Assembly: GCA_011600865.1 (NCBI GenBank)
Contig: GCA_011600865.1_4890.1
Source of the DNA: Escherichia coli
GTDB taxonomy: Bacteria > Pseudomonadota > Gammaproteobacteria > Enterobacterales > Enterobacteriaceae
DNA length: 52,276 nucleotides
Reading direction: 5' to 3' (one strand)
In this document: piece by piece, positions 25,233-34,204 of the stretch
Layout: every line of letters starts with the position of its first letter
How positions within the stretch are numbered: position 1 is the first letter of the stretch
The notes under the pieces: model-generated
What the model was told of the DNA's origin: nothing
The model's input: the letters and a program-made list of their open reading frames with translations, nothing else
The model's database searches: none
Made by a program: the position numbers and the translations under genes

Positions 25233-26212
25233 CAGCTACCTCCGCCTACTGTATGGTCAACACCGGGTTCAGTAACATAGTCGTACTCAATCTTAGACAG
25301 TTTGCGTGGCTTCTTGAGTCTACGAACTTTCTTCGCGAACTGTCCACCAAGAACCGTCAAGTCAGCACGCCACGGTCCTTTCGGTTTATTGTCACCCCGA
25401 AATCTTATAGTGTCGATTTTATACTGTCCGTTGTACTGTGTAAACATAGAATTTACTTGTACGAGACCACCAATGGCCAGAGTAGGATTCAGGTTACAAG
25501 TAACCTCAAGACCTTTGTCTGTGCCGCGAGGAGCACCAATCATACCAGACGATTCTGACAGCACAACAACGTCATAGTCAGTAGCAGAGTCGTTAGGAAT
25601 GATATTGAGTTTATTGTCTTGTATAGACCAGGTAGCCTTGTTGGCAGCAGCAACCTGGTCGAGTACACTGTGCGTTTGTCCGAACAGAGTACGTGCCCGT
25701 AGGAAAGCTGGTTTGTTGTTATCAAGGCAGACATACCCTTCTTCAACGTTTGGCATACTAGCCAGGCAAACGTCAACAACACTGTCATACGTAGAGCCAG
25801 CGGCCAGCGTCGTATTAACAAAGCCATCGTTGTAAGACTTACGGGCATCGCCACATTCGAGAACAGTCTGAATATCAAGGCCGTTTCGTTGGTCATTAGC
25901 ACGAGTAATATCACCTTCGAATATCAAGCGATAAACTATGTTGTCAAGACCGTAACCCACAGAGAGGCGGACGTAATCCCAGGTACCTGACGCCAACTTA
26001 TAACGGTTGGATTCAGTCAAGTTGAACACTGTGATTGTCGCTTTATTTGGATGCTTCGTGTTACCCTTTTGAATGTCAAAGGTAACACGAAGATTTGAGA
26101 TGATTATACCTTCATCTTTACCGTTGCTGACCTCAAGCTTTAACGCGCGGCCAAACTGACGGGTAGGCTGTTTTGTCGACGATGTAGACACTGCAACGTC
26201 CTCCCATGTCAT
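25232..26212 (-). CDS. Tail/baseplate protein
   Basis: 326 aa in the tail morphogenesis block; its 5' end overlaps the upstream ORF by about 80 nt, so the true start may be an alternative codon further downstream. Confidence 0.4.
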   Translation of the reverse strand: MTWEDVAVSTSSTKQPTRQFGRALKLEVSNGKDEGIIISNLRVTFDIQKGNTKHPNKATITVFNLTESNRYKLASGTWDYVRLSVGYGLDNIVYRLIFEGDITRANDQRNGLDIQTVLECGDARKSYNDGFVNTTLAAGSTYDSVVDVCLASMPNVEEGYVCLDNNKPAFLRARTLFGQTHSVLDQVAAANKATWSIQDNKLNIIPNDSATDYDVVVLSESSGMIGAPRGTDKGLEVTCNLNPTLAIGGLVQVNSMFTQYNGQYKIDTIRFRGDNKPKGPWRADLTVLGGQFAKKVRRLKKPRKLSKIEYDYVTEPGVDHTVGGGS

Positions 26213-26525
26213 CTGTAGTCATAGGACCGATGCGGCTGGAGGATTTGTCACTTACCAGCAACGCTATACGCGTGTCCCAGTTACCAAAAGCAATACGCCC
26301 ATATTGTAAAGCATAACTGGAACAAAGTACAGCATTACTTGATACGTCAGTCACTGTAGCCTGCCAGAGCTGACCTACCGTGTTATAGTACAACTCAATG
26401 TTATACGTATATCCAGCGATAGAAATTGATATTGATTGCTTACCTTCGGAGGTAGGTTCCAAGTCGTAAATACCAGAACCATCATTACCTATAATGTCAA
26501 GGAAAGCAGTTGTGGTAAATATCAT
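26133..26525 (-). CDS. Small tail protein
   Basis: 130 aa ORF in the tail block; coupled to the upstream gene. Confidence 0.4.
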   Translation of the reverse strand: MIFTTTAFLDIIGNDGSGIYDLEPTSEGKQSISISIAGYTYNIELYYNTVGQLWQATVTDVSSNAVLCSSYALQYGRIAFGNWDTRIALLVSDKSSSRIGPMTTDDMGGRCSVYIVDKTAYPSVWPRVKA

Positions 26526-27421
26526 CAGAAAATACCCCGTAGGTTAAAGCCGAACATGTCACCAAGCGTTACACCGAATCCGCGGTTATCGTTTACACGT
26601 TTCTCGCTAATCGACGTAGTTGTGTTTATGTCCTTCTTACTGACGGCATCGCCCTGACCTTGTGCCCGTCCGCTCTTCTTGGTACCATTGTTAGCCGGGC
26701 GACCTGTCGACTTAGCAGCTACAGCGTTTGTAACTACGATAGGCACTTCGATGACTTCACGGAACGTAAGGGTAAACGTCGCTGAACCATCTTTCTCCTG
26801 TACAACACGAACAGACTTCAAAAGCATATTCGTATACTTGAAAATACCAGTGTCAACGTCACAGTAGATAACGTTTTTCTGTAAATCCAGCAAGGTACGG
26901 TATACCTGTTCAATCCTCATATTATCCGAAGACTTAAGCTGTTCAGCTATACTAAAGTCAGGAAGCCATGGAACTAAAGAGCGTGAAATGGTAGCGTCTA
27001 AACCGCCCCAGTCTATGAATGAGGCTAGCTTGTTAACAGCAAAGTCCCTTGTTCCTTCTAGAGCAGTAGACACTACCTGTGGAAGCTGAATATCATCCAA
27101 GAAATCCATAGACCGTAGACCGGTTACATCCTTAATTGTTGACTCTTGAATTGACTCGTCGATATAACCAACTACCACGCCAGTGACTGTAATAACTTTC
27201 GGTTGTACAGCGGCATGGTCCGAAGCCTTAGCCCCGGACTCAAGTTCGTTGTCAGCGATGTCAAGGTCAGACTGATGTTCTTCGTTAGTGACAGCATCCA
27301 TCTTAATGCCTCCGCAGTTGCGGAAGCGTAAGGTGGTTGTACCGTCGCCCATGAGTCTGTCACGGGCATCTTGGTACAAGTCGTTGGCAGCATCAGTAAT
27401 TCCAGCAAAGATGTCACTCAT
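26525..27421 (-). CDS. Tail protein (DNA-circulation / baseplate hub-like)
   Basis: 298 aa immediately downstream of the tape measure gene. Confidence 0.4.
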   Translation of the reverse strand: MSDIFAGITDAANDLYQDARDRLMGDGTTTLRFRNCGGIKMDAVTNEEHQSDLDIADNELESGAKASDHAAVQPKVITVTGVVVGYIDESIQESTIKDVTGLRSMDFLDDIQLPQVVSTALEGTRDFAVNKLASFIDWGGLDATISRSLVPWLPDFSIAEQLKSSDNMRIEQVYRTLLDLQKNVIYCDVDTGIFKYTNMLLKSVRVVQEKDGSATFTLTFREVIEVPIVVTNAVAAKSTGRPANNGTKKSGRAQGQGDAVSKKDINTTTSISEKRVNDNRGFGVTLGDMFGFNLRGIF

Positions 27422-29079
27422 TGTGTTACCGCCGTTTTGTTGTTGGCCCTTACAGTAGCGTTCTCTTTCTGCGCCTGTTTGACCTGGTCGTTGACCTCAC
27501 GACCTACTTCTTGTGGGTTCTGTACACCGGTAATAGTAGCATCAACTTTAACGCTATTATCCTGATGGATAACAGTTGCGTTCTGTTGTTGGTTTTGCTT
27601 AGCAGTATTTATCGCCGACTGCATAGCCTGGCCGCCAGCTGTCATCTCCCCTGTAATAGGGTTGAAGTTACGCATAGACCAGTTGAGTACCCTACTCCAG
27701 AAGCTTCCGCCCTGGTCAGTGGTAGGCGACACAGCATTGACAGTAGCCTCCGCCCCTGTCACAAGTTTGTTACCAGCAAAGCCCAGGGTAGAATCGAGCT
27801 TACCAAATAACGCCATCAAGAACTTACCACCAGGCAGCTGGTAAAGCGCTTCAGACAACCACAGTTTTATTTGCTCTATGCCTTGCTTAACTTCACCAAG
27901 GAAACCTTGCCACCAGTTACCGAGTCGGTTCCATAAGCGGCCGTCAAATATTGACAGAATAAAGTCTGCAATAACTACGATGTACTGTTTAACAAGCCCC
28001 CATGCAGCAACAACGTCTTTTGACCACTTAACAACTGTCTCACGTCCTGCCAGAGCATCATCGAGGTCGGCGAGTACAGCAATAACTGCGCCGATAGCAA
28101 GTACAATCCACGTGAGCGGGTTCATAAGTATTTTGGCAGCTAAACCCACAAAGGCGTTGCCGACCTTAGTCAGCACGGGAATAAGTGCCAGCAGTGCGTA
28201 AGAGGTTATTGCAACCATTAACGGGAAGTTATCCCCGATAACGTAGATAAGTCGTTTTATATTTTCAATTGTATTGAATACAATTTCGTCGAACTTTTTA
28301 AATGCTGCAGTAAGCGTGGTATCGTTAAGCACTGCGGTAAGTGACTTAACCATATTTATCGCGCCTTTGGTTACCTCGTCCCATACTCGGGTCTGGGTAA
28401 TCTTAGAACGAGCAGCATACCAAATTGTACTCAGGTTAGTTAACTGCGCTTTGAGTGTCTGCGACACTTCGTGGGCAATTGGTTTTAAACGTTCGGCTTC
28501 TTGTTTCAGCGCGCTAGTCAGTATGTCGGCAGTAATTTTCTTCTGCCGCATCATATCCTGAAGCTCGCCGAGTTGCTTACCAGTGTAACGGGACAATGCG
28601 CCCCAGATGTCAACACCGGCGTTAATGAACTGGTTCTTTTCCTGGCCCTGCAATGAACCCATCGCAGTCGCCTGGCCGTACGCAACAATGGTACGTGCCA
28701 AATCACCGCCTGTTGCAGCAGTGATTGTTTTGAGCATTTGTAGCGAACCGTTTAACGGGTCAACGCCATACGATTTAAGTTTAGTAAAGCCGTCGAGTGC
28801 CTCCTGGAATGGTGTACCCATTTGCAGAGACATGTCCATCAGCGTTTTCCACGTCGATTCGACGTCGTAGCCGAAGCCTTTAATCTTGGCGGCGAGTACG
28901 TCAGCCTCTAACGCAGGCGCAAACATCCTACCGAGCGCACCAGCGGCACGCTCAGCAAGATTGATTACATCGCCGAGGGTAATCACAAAACGGCGGGACA
29001 GCTGGTCGAAGAGGTCAAAGCCAGAACTATCAGCTTTACTCTCAAGCGTTACCAGAAAGCTATCGATTATGGTCGCCAT
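27418..29079 (-). CDS. Tail tape measure protein
   Basis: 553 aa, largely helical, with hydrophobic membrane-like segments (LMVAITSYALLALIPVL, WIVLAIGAVIAVL); sits between the chaperone and baseplate genes. Confidence 0.6.
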   Translation of the reverse strand: MATIIDSFLVTLESKADSSGFDLFDQLSRRFVITLGDVINLAERAAGALGRMFAPALEADVLAAKIKGFGYDVESTWKTLMDMSLQMGTPFQEALDGFTKLKSYGVDPLNGSLQMLKTITAATGGDLARTIVAYGQATAMGSLQGQEKNQFINAGVDIWGALSRYTGKQLGELQDMMRQKKITADILTSALKQEAERLKPIAHEVSQTLKAQLTNLSTIWYAARSKITQTRVWDEVTKGAINMVKSLTAVLNDTTLTAAFKKFDEIVFNTIENIKRLIYVIGDNFPLMVAITSYALLALIPVLTKVGNAFVGLAAKILMNPLTWIVLAIGAVIAVLADLDDALAGRETVVKWSKDVVAAWGLVKQYIVVIADFILSIFDGRLWNRLGNWWQGFLGEVKQGIEQIKLWLSEALYQLPGGKFLMALFGKLDSTLGFAGNKLVTGAEATVNAVSPTTDQGGSFWSRVLNWSMRNFNPITGEMTAGGQAMQSAINTAKQNQQQNATVIHQDNSVKVDATITGVQNPQEVGREVNDQVKQAQKENATVRANNKTAVTQ

Positions 29080-29241
29080 GGATTTCCTCTAACTCGGCAT
29101 AGTCCAGAATAGCAATATGCAGGTCGCACAAATCACACAAGCTGTAAGACGACTTTAATTCTGCAAGGGTCACATGACCCTTGAGAATAGGAAGCCAAAC
29201 GAACCAGTCAGTTTCTTGCGTCCCTGACTGTTGCTTGCGTT

Positions 29242-29670
29242 TTATTTCGTCAAGGGCGTGGCTAGACCCGCTAGACCTGACAGGCCATTCCCTTTGAAAA
29301 AATCCGCGAACTGATATACCAATCCCTCCTTGAGCACACCGAAGATGTGGCTACGATATGCGTTGAAGTGCTGGTCTTTACAGTCAGACAGCTTACGCGG
29401 TTTGCCATCAACTACAACAACAGTATTGCGGAAGATTAATTCCTCAATAGCTGTCATCTCGTCAGAACCTGCGTTCTCCAGAACAGCGTCCAACAGGACT
29501 AGCATTGCTTTCTTACCGTCCACTTTGCCGTCTTTACCCACAATGTCCGCGTTACCAATGCCTTTGAACAGCTTACCTGCTTTTTTCAGGACTGTCCAGG
29601 CTTGCAGCGCGTTTGCGAGTGTCATGTTGTACGTTACGTCGTCGATGTCAAATGATTTGGGCTCAGTCAT
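29242..29670 (-). CDS. Tail assembly chaperone
   Basis: 142 aa ORF between the tube and tape measure genes, the usual chaperone position. Confidence 0.4.
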   Translation of the reverse strand: MTEPKSFDIDDVTYNMTLANALQAWTVLKKAGKLFKGIGNADIVGKDGKVDGKKAMLVLLDAVLENAGSDEMTAIEELIFRNTVVVVDGKPRKLSDCKDQHFNAYRSHIFGVLKEGLVYQFADFFKGNGLSGLAGLATPLTK

Positions 29671-29688
29671 TTGTGCTTTCCTTTATTG

Positions 29689-30120
29689 TTACTGGTCAAA
29701 GCCTTCAGTCAACTGCATGCCACCTTGGTGGAACACAATAGAGAAGGTAGTCGGGTTATGGCCGTTACCACGAGTCCACGGGGAACCGTCGGTAAAGTAA
29801 CCTTTTTTACCCCATGCCAAATCCTGGTTTAGCAGGTCTTTAGCTTGCAGCACAAACGGGACGAATCCACGAATGTTGTTACGCTGCAGGTTGTACTGGT
29901 CGTTAAGCCATTTGGCGTCCGGACCACTTTGCTTAACTTTGATAGTCAGCTTAATGGCTTTGGACGGGTTCATAATCTGGATACCACCGCCATCAGCGCC
30001 TGCAAGATAGGTGGAAGCTGGGTCCACCCATTGCACGTCAATGACATCGGCACCGTCTGCCCAGTCGGACAGCTGAACACCATTCAGGCTCAACACGCAT
30101 TCAGAAGAATCGATGATCAT
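29689..30120 (-). CDS. Tail tube protein
   Basis: 143 aa directly downstream of the sheath-like gene. Confidence 0.5.
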   Translation of the reverse strand: MIIDSSECVLSLNGVQLSDWADGADVIDVQWVDPASTYLAGADGGGIQIMNPSKAIKLTIKVKQSGPDAKWLNDQYNLQRNNIRGFVPFVLQAKDLLNQDLAWGKKGYFTDGSPWTRGNGHNPTTFSIVFHQGGMQLTEGFDQ

Positions 30121-30131
30121 TGATCTGCTCC

Positions 30132-31271
30132 TTAGCGAGTGAAGTTAATCAGGATGTCACTGGAATGGATTGCACCCGCCAGCTTAATCGCGATTTGCAT
30201 TACAACGGCCTGACGAGCTTCACGCTCATCCAGAGGCTGATCATCTACGTCAGGGATGTAGATGTAGAAACCTGTTTCTAGTCGGTCACCATAAGACAGT
30301 GTACCAAACTCATCACCGTACCAGATACCAGGCGCAACCAAGCCGTTGTCGACAGCCTGCTGACAAGCAACAGCTGCAGCACCGGTAAGGCGCTCGTGAC
30401 CTTTGTTCGTCTGCGGCACCTTCGTGGGTGACGTAGCAATTGAGTTGAAGACGTAAGTCTGAACTGCATTGCAGAACCAGTCTAGACCGTGTACTTCATC
30501 CCAGAAGCGAGGCGGGTTGGATGTACCGAGAACAGTGCCCTCCGCAAGCATAGCAAAGGTGCTGTAGTAGGTGTACCAGTTAATACCCAGCGCTTTACAC
30601 TTGTTAGCTTCAGTAAGCGTTAAAGTGTTGTTCGGTGTAATACCAGGCTCTTGTTTGAACTTCATGGTAATCGTGGTGCGGTTACCAGAGAAGTTAACGG
30701 ACAGAGCACGAGCCATAGCAGAGATGTCTGCGTAGTATTGGTTGTTCTTATCGTACTGAAGCCACATATTGTTGTAGCCTTTACCCGCCAGAACTTTAAT
30801 CGGGTTGGAGTCGCTGTTTTCAATATGAGTTGCTTTAGTGGTAGTATAGCTGCAACGCTTTTTATCGTAAGCAGCAACAGTTGACGCCAGCAAATCGATG
30901 TCAGCGTCAGATAGCTCACCAGTAGGTGGAAGCGGACGCAGAACATACCAGTCAGGGTACACATCGTTGAATGCACTAATAGCCGCATCCAGAGTAGAGG
31001 TGCTGTCCCATGAGGCGATAACTACTGAGCGAGGACGCGGAGATTGTGCAAAGAAAATCTTCAACGCGCCAAGCACAACTGAACCTGTACCCCAATAAGA
31101 CTCGGCGTCAGCGTAGCTGCCGATTTCAACATAGTGTCCGTTGTCGCTGTCAGGAAAAGCAGTGCCAGGGTCCTGAGTTAAAAGAGCCAGCTTACCGAAG
31201 CCACCTTTGCTGATACCAGTTGGAGTGTTGTTCAGTTGAACGTTTACAATCTGGTTTACATTCAACGGCAT
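30132..31271 (-). CDS. Tail sheath protein (short sheath type)
   Basis: 379 aa immediately upstream of the tube gene, with an intergenic gap before the Ig-like genes. Confidence 0.5.
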   Translation of the reverse strand: MPLNVNQIVNVQLNNTPTGISKGGFGKLALLTQDPGTAFPDSDNGHYVEIGSYADAESYWGTGSVVLGALKIFFAQSPRPRSVVIASWDSTSTLDAAISAFNDVYPDWYVLRPLPPTGELSDADIDLLASTVAAYDKKRCSYTTTKATHIENSDSNPIKVLAGKGYNNMWLQYDKNNQYYADISAMARALSVNFSGNRTTITMKFKQEPGITPNNTLTLTEANKCKALGINWYTYYSTFAMLAEGTVLGTSNPPRFWDEVHGLDWFCNAVQTYVFNSIATSPTKVPQTNKGHERLTGAAAVACQQAVDNGLVAPGIWYGDEFGTLSYGDRLETGFYIYIPDVDDQPLDEREARQAVVMQIAIKLAGAIHSSDILINFTR

Positions 31272-31357
31272 TTTTGTTTACCTCTTGGGTGGACTTTCCG
31301 GCCATTATACTCAGTAAGTTTAACCAAGTAAATGGCCGAGGCAAAGTTAATTAATTT

Positions 31358-33490
31358 TTATGCTGCATCGACGGACTGATAAGAGCTGTCCGACGCTGTA
31401 GCGTTTCTCACAGTTACTGTGGCACCAATACGACATCCACCGTCACCAACGCCAGTAATAACACCAGTATTACTTACAGTAGCGACAGTATCGTCTGTAG
31501 TTGTATACTGAATGTTATAGCCCGGGTCTGTCTTAGCGTATTCAGGACTAACAGTTACAACGAGCTGCTGAGTGTTACCAACAGTAAGTGCAGGCAGCGA
31601 ATCAGTAGTAACAGAAAGCTCAGACACGTAAGGAGATGTTGTATCAGAAGCAGCAACACCATTCATTACAACGTTAGCAGTAATAGCTGCTGAACCTTCA
31701 GAGTTAGCAGTCATCAAGCCATTTGCATCTATGCTAATGATAGAGTCATCTGACGAGCTATAAGTAACAGTAACGCTCTTAGAGTCCGACGGATAAATCT
31801 CAACACCAAGTTGTTTGGTGTTACCCACAAGCCATTCATCGTACTGCAGGTATACCTGTACCCTCTCAGAAATTTGTGCCCAAGCAGCTGAGCTAATGTC
31901 AGCGCCATTACTAGTTGCGTAAATCCAGATATTACATCCGCCCTCAGCAACACCAGTTACAACGCCAGACGAATCAACAGTCGCAATAGCTGGGTCAGCA
32001 GATTCATAACGAATATCAGTTAGATCCGCATCAGACGGGCTAACAGTATAAGTGAACTGCTGAGTACCACCAATTGGAATACCACCAAGACCATCTGGTG
32101 TAATAACAGCCACCTCCGTGCAAGTCGCTACAAATGAAGCCTCAAGCCCACCGTCGTCTGTTGTAACTGTAATAGTCGAAGTTCCAGGAGATTGACCGTA
32201 TATAACTCCGTTAGTGTCAACAGTAACAGCGCTTGGGTTTGAGCTGTTATAACTGACTTCTTTATTGGTTGCGTTGTCAGGTGTTATAACAATTTTAGTT
32301 TGCACCTGATGACCAGCACTCACTTTAGTCGGAGAATCAGGAGCCCATGCAACGCCTGTAACTGCGATGCTAGGGTCTGTAACGTTAACCTCAATGCTAT
32401 CGGTAAAGCCCCCGTCATTAGTCATAACAGTAACGTCAATTAAGCCTGCAGCGTTAGCAGTTACCAAACCAGCTTCAGTCACAGACGCAACTTCTGACAC
32501 AGGAGCACTCCATACAACAGATGGGTCAGTAGCATTTTCAGGAGTCACGGTGGCATGCAGCTGAAGAGTGTCTCCAACTTCCATGGAGGCTGTAGCGCCT
32601 TCATCAATACTTACACCGGTAACATTTACAGCAGGCACCCTGACTATAATATCAAGAGTGTCAGTCTTATCGCCGTCATTCGTCTTAACAGTAACAGTGG
32701 CATTACCAGCTACAATACCAGTAACATTTCCGTCAGTATCCACAGTTGCTACATCAGGCTCACTGCTTTCGTACGTCACTGTTTTGTCAGTGGCGTCTTC
32801 TGGCGATATACGAATACTCGTCTCAGCTGTGCTTCCGATATTAACGTTAAGAGGTGACTGAGTAAGAAACTCAACTCCTGTAACGTGCACAACAGGAGGA
32901 ATAACAGTTACTGTACAGCTATCGAATATAGAGCTGTCAACACCGTACTGTACGTTTACAGTTGTTTCGCCATCTCCAATTGCAGTGACGAGCCCGCTGT
33001 CGCTAACGACAGCAACAGACTCATCATCTGAAATCCAGTAGAAATCAGTATTATCTGCATTAACAGGTAAATAGGTGTATGTCAGACGTTGAGTCTCACC
33101 CTCTTCAAGCGTCACGCTTGTGGGAGACACTGTAACAGATTCAACAAGGATAGGTGCTTGAGCAACATTGAACTTTGCTCGTACAGTATAACCGCCATCA
33201 ACAGACGTACCAGTCACGTATGCAACACCTTCCGCCAGCGGCTTTGCAAATCCGAGCTCATCAACGGTGATAACGTCTGAGTCGCTAGATTCCCATACCA
33301 TACCACGCTCAGTAGCGTTGGTTGGAATGTAGAGCACAGCTAGCTGAACAGGGTCATCATCCGCAACGATTGAGTACTCGTAGTTGTAAAGCATTATGCC
33401 TTCCAGCGGAACATTGGGGGTAAAACCTTTACCCCCGTTGCTCTTACTGAACTGGACGTCGACAACCTCATCAAGTGGAAGCGACATCAA
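31358..33490 (-). CDS. Virion protein with tandem bacterial Ig-like (Big_2-type) domains
   Basis: 710 aa with at least six roughly 80-90 aa repeats following the pattern VTGV...L.VG.T.QL...V.P..AT...V.W.S.....ATV...G.VT....G...I. Confidence 0.75.
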   Translation of the reverse strand: MMSLPLDEVVDVQFSKSNGGKGFTPNVPLEGIMLYNYEYSIVADDDPVQLAVLYIPTNATERGMVWESSDSDVITVDELGFAKPLAEGVAYVTGTSVDGGYTVRAKFNVAQAPILVESVTVSPTSVTLEEGETQRLTYTYLPVNADNTDFYWISDDESVAVVSDSGLVTAIGDGETTVNVQYGVDSSIFDSCTVTVIPPVVHVTGVEFLTQSPLNVNIGSTAETSIRISPEDATDKTVTYESSEPDVATVDTDGNVTGIVAGNATVTVKTNDGDKTDTLDIIVRVPAVNVTGVSIDEGATASMEVGDTLQLHATVTPENATDPSVVWSAPVSEVASVTEAGLVTANAAGLIDVTVMTNDGGFTDSIEVNVTDPSIAVTGVAWAPDSPTKVSAGHQVQTKIVITPDNATNKEVSYNSSNPSAVTVDTNGVIYGQSPGTSTITVTTDDGGLEASFVATCTEVAVITPDGLGGIPIGGTQQFTYTVSPSDADLTDIRYESADPAIATVDSSGVVTGVAEGGCNIWIYATSNGADISSAAWAQISERVQVYLQYDEWLVGNTKQLGVEIYPSDSKSVTVTYSSSDDSIISIDANGLMTANSEGSAAITANVVMNGVAASDTTSPYVSELSVTTDSLPALTVGNTQQLVVTVSPEYAKTDPGYNIQYTTTDDTVATVSNTGVITGVGDGGCRIGATVTVRNATASDSSYQSVDAA

Positions 33491-33498
33491 TCAGCTCC

Positions 33499-34137
33499 TT
33501 ACTCGTCAGTAACAGTTACTGACGCGGTGTCAGTGAAGCTGCCATCAGCTGTTTTGACAGTGATGGTGACGTCGCCAGCTGCGATACCAGTCACCAGACC
33601 AGTTTCGCTAACTGTAGCTTTATCCTGGTCGCTTGATTCGTAGGTAACAGCTTTGTTAGTAGCGTCAGCAGGCAGCACAGTTGCAGTCAGTTGTACAGTA
33701 GATTCTACTACAACGCTGGTCGACTTAGGCTCTAACGTAACACCAGTAACAGCTACAGGCGGAACAGTTACTGTAATTGCTACGGTATCGGCTTTAGTAG
33801 GGTCAAGCTTGGATTTAGCAGTAATAGTTGCTGAACCTTCATTGATACCTTGAACACGACCTGCACCATCAACAGTGGCATTAGCAGGTGTATCACTTTC
33901 CCACAACACGGTGACGTCATCTGCGTCTGCCGGGGCCACTACTGCTGTCAGAGTAGTAAACTCACCAACAACAATTGTCTTAGTTTTAGGGGTGACAGTT
34001 ACACTGGTAACTGGAGTTGGAATGAACTTTCCGTCCTCGTCAAGCTTGGTAGGCTTGGATAATGGGAACTGAGTAACCGACTCTTGACGCAGGTCTGCGT
34101 CTTCAATAGGACGGTTGGCTGTAGTACGTTTTGCCAT
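33499..34137 (-). CDS. Virion protein with Ig-like (Big_2-type) domains
   Basis: 212 aa with two Ig-like repeats similar to those in the 710 aa protein. Confidence 0.7.
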   Translation of the reverse strand: MAKRTTANRPIEDADLRQESVTQFPLSKPTKLDEDGKFIPTPVTSVTVTPKTKTIVVGEFTTLTAVVAPADADDVTVLWESDTPANATVDGAGRVQGINEGSATITAKSKLDPTKADTVAITVTVPPVAVTGVTLEPKSTSVVVESTVQLTATVLPADATNKAVTYESSDQDKATVSETGLVTGIAAGDVTITVKTADGSFTDTASVTVTDE

Positions 34138-34204
34138 CTGGAGAATCCTCTTATTGGGTGCGCCAGCTTATTATAGGCTGGCGCCTCGGTTAAGTAAATA
34201 GTGG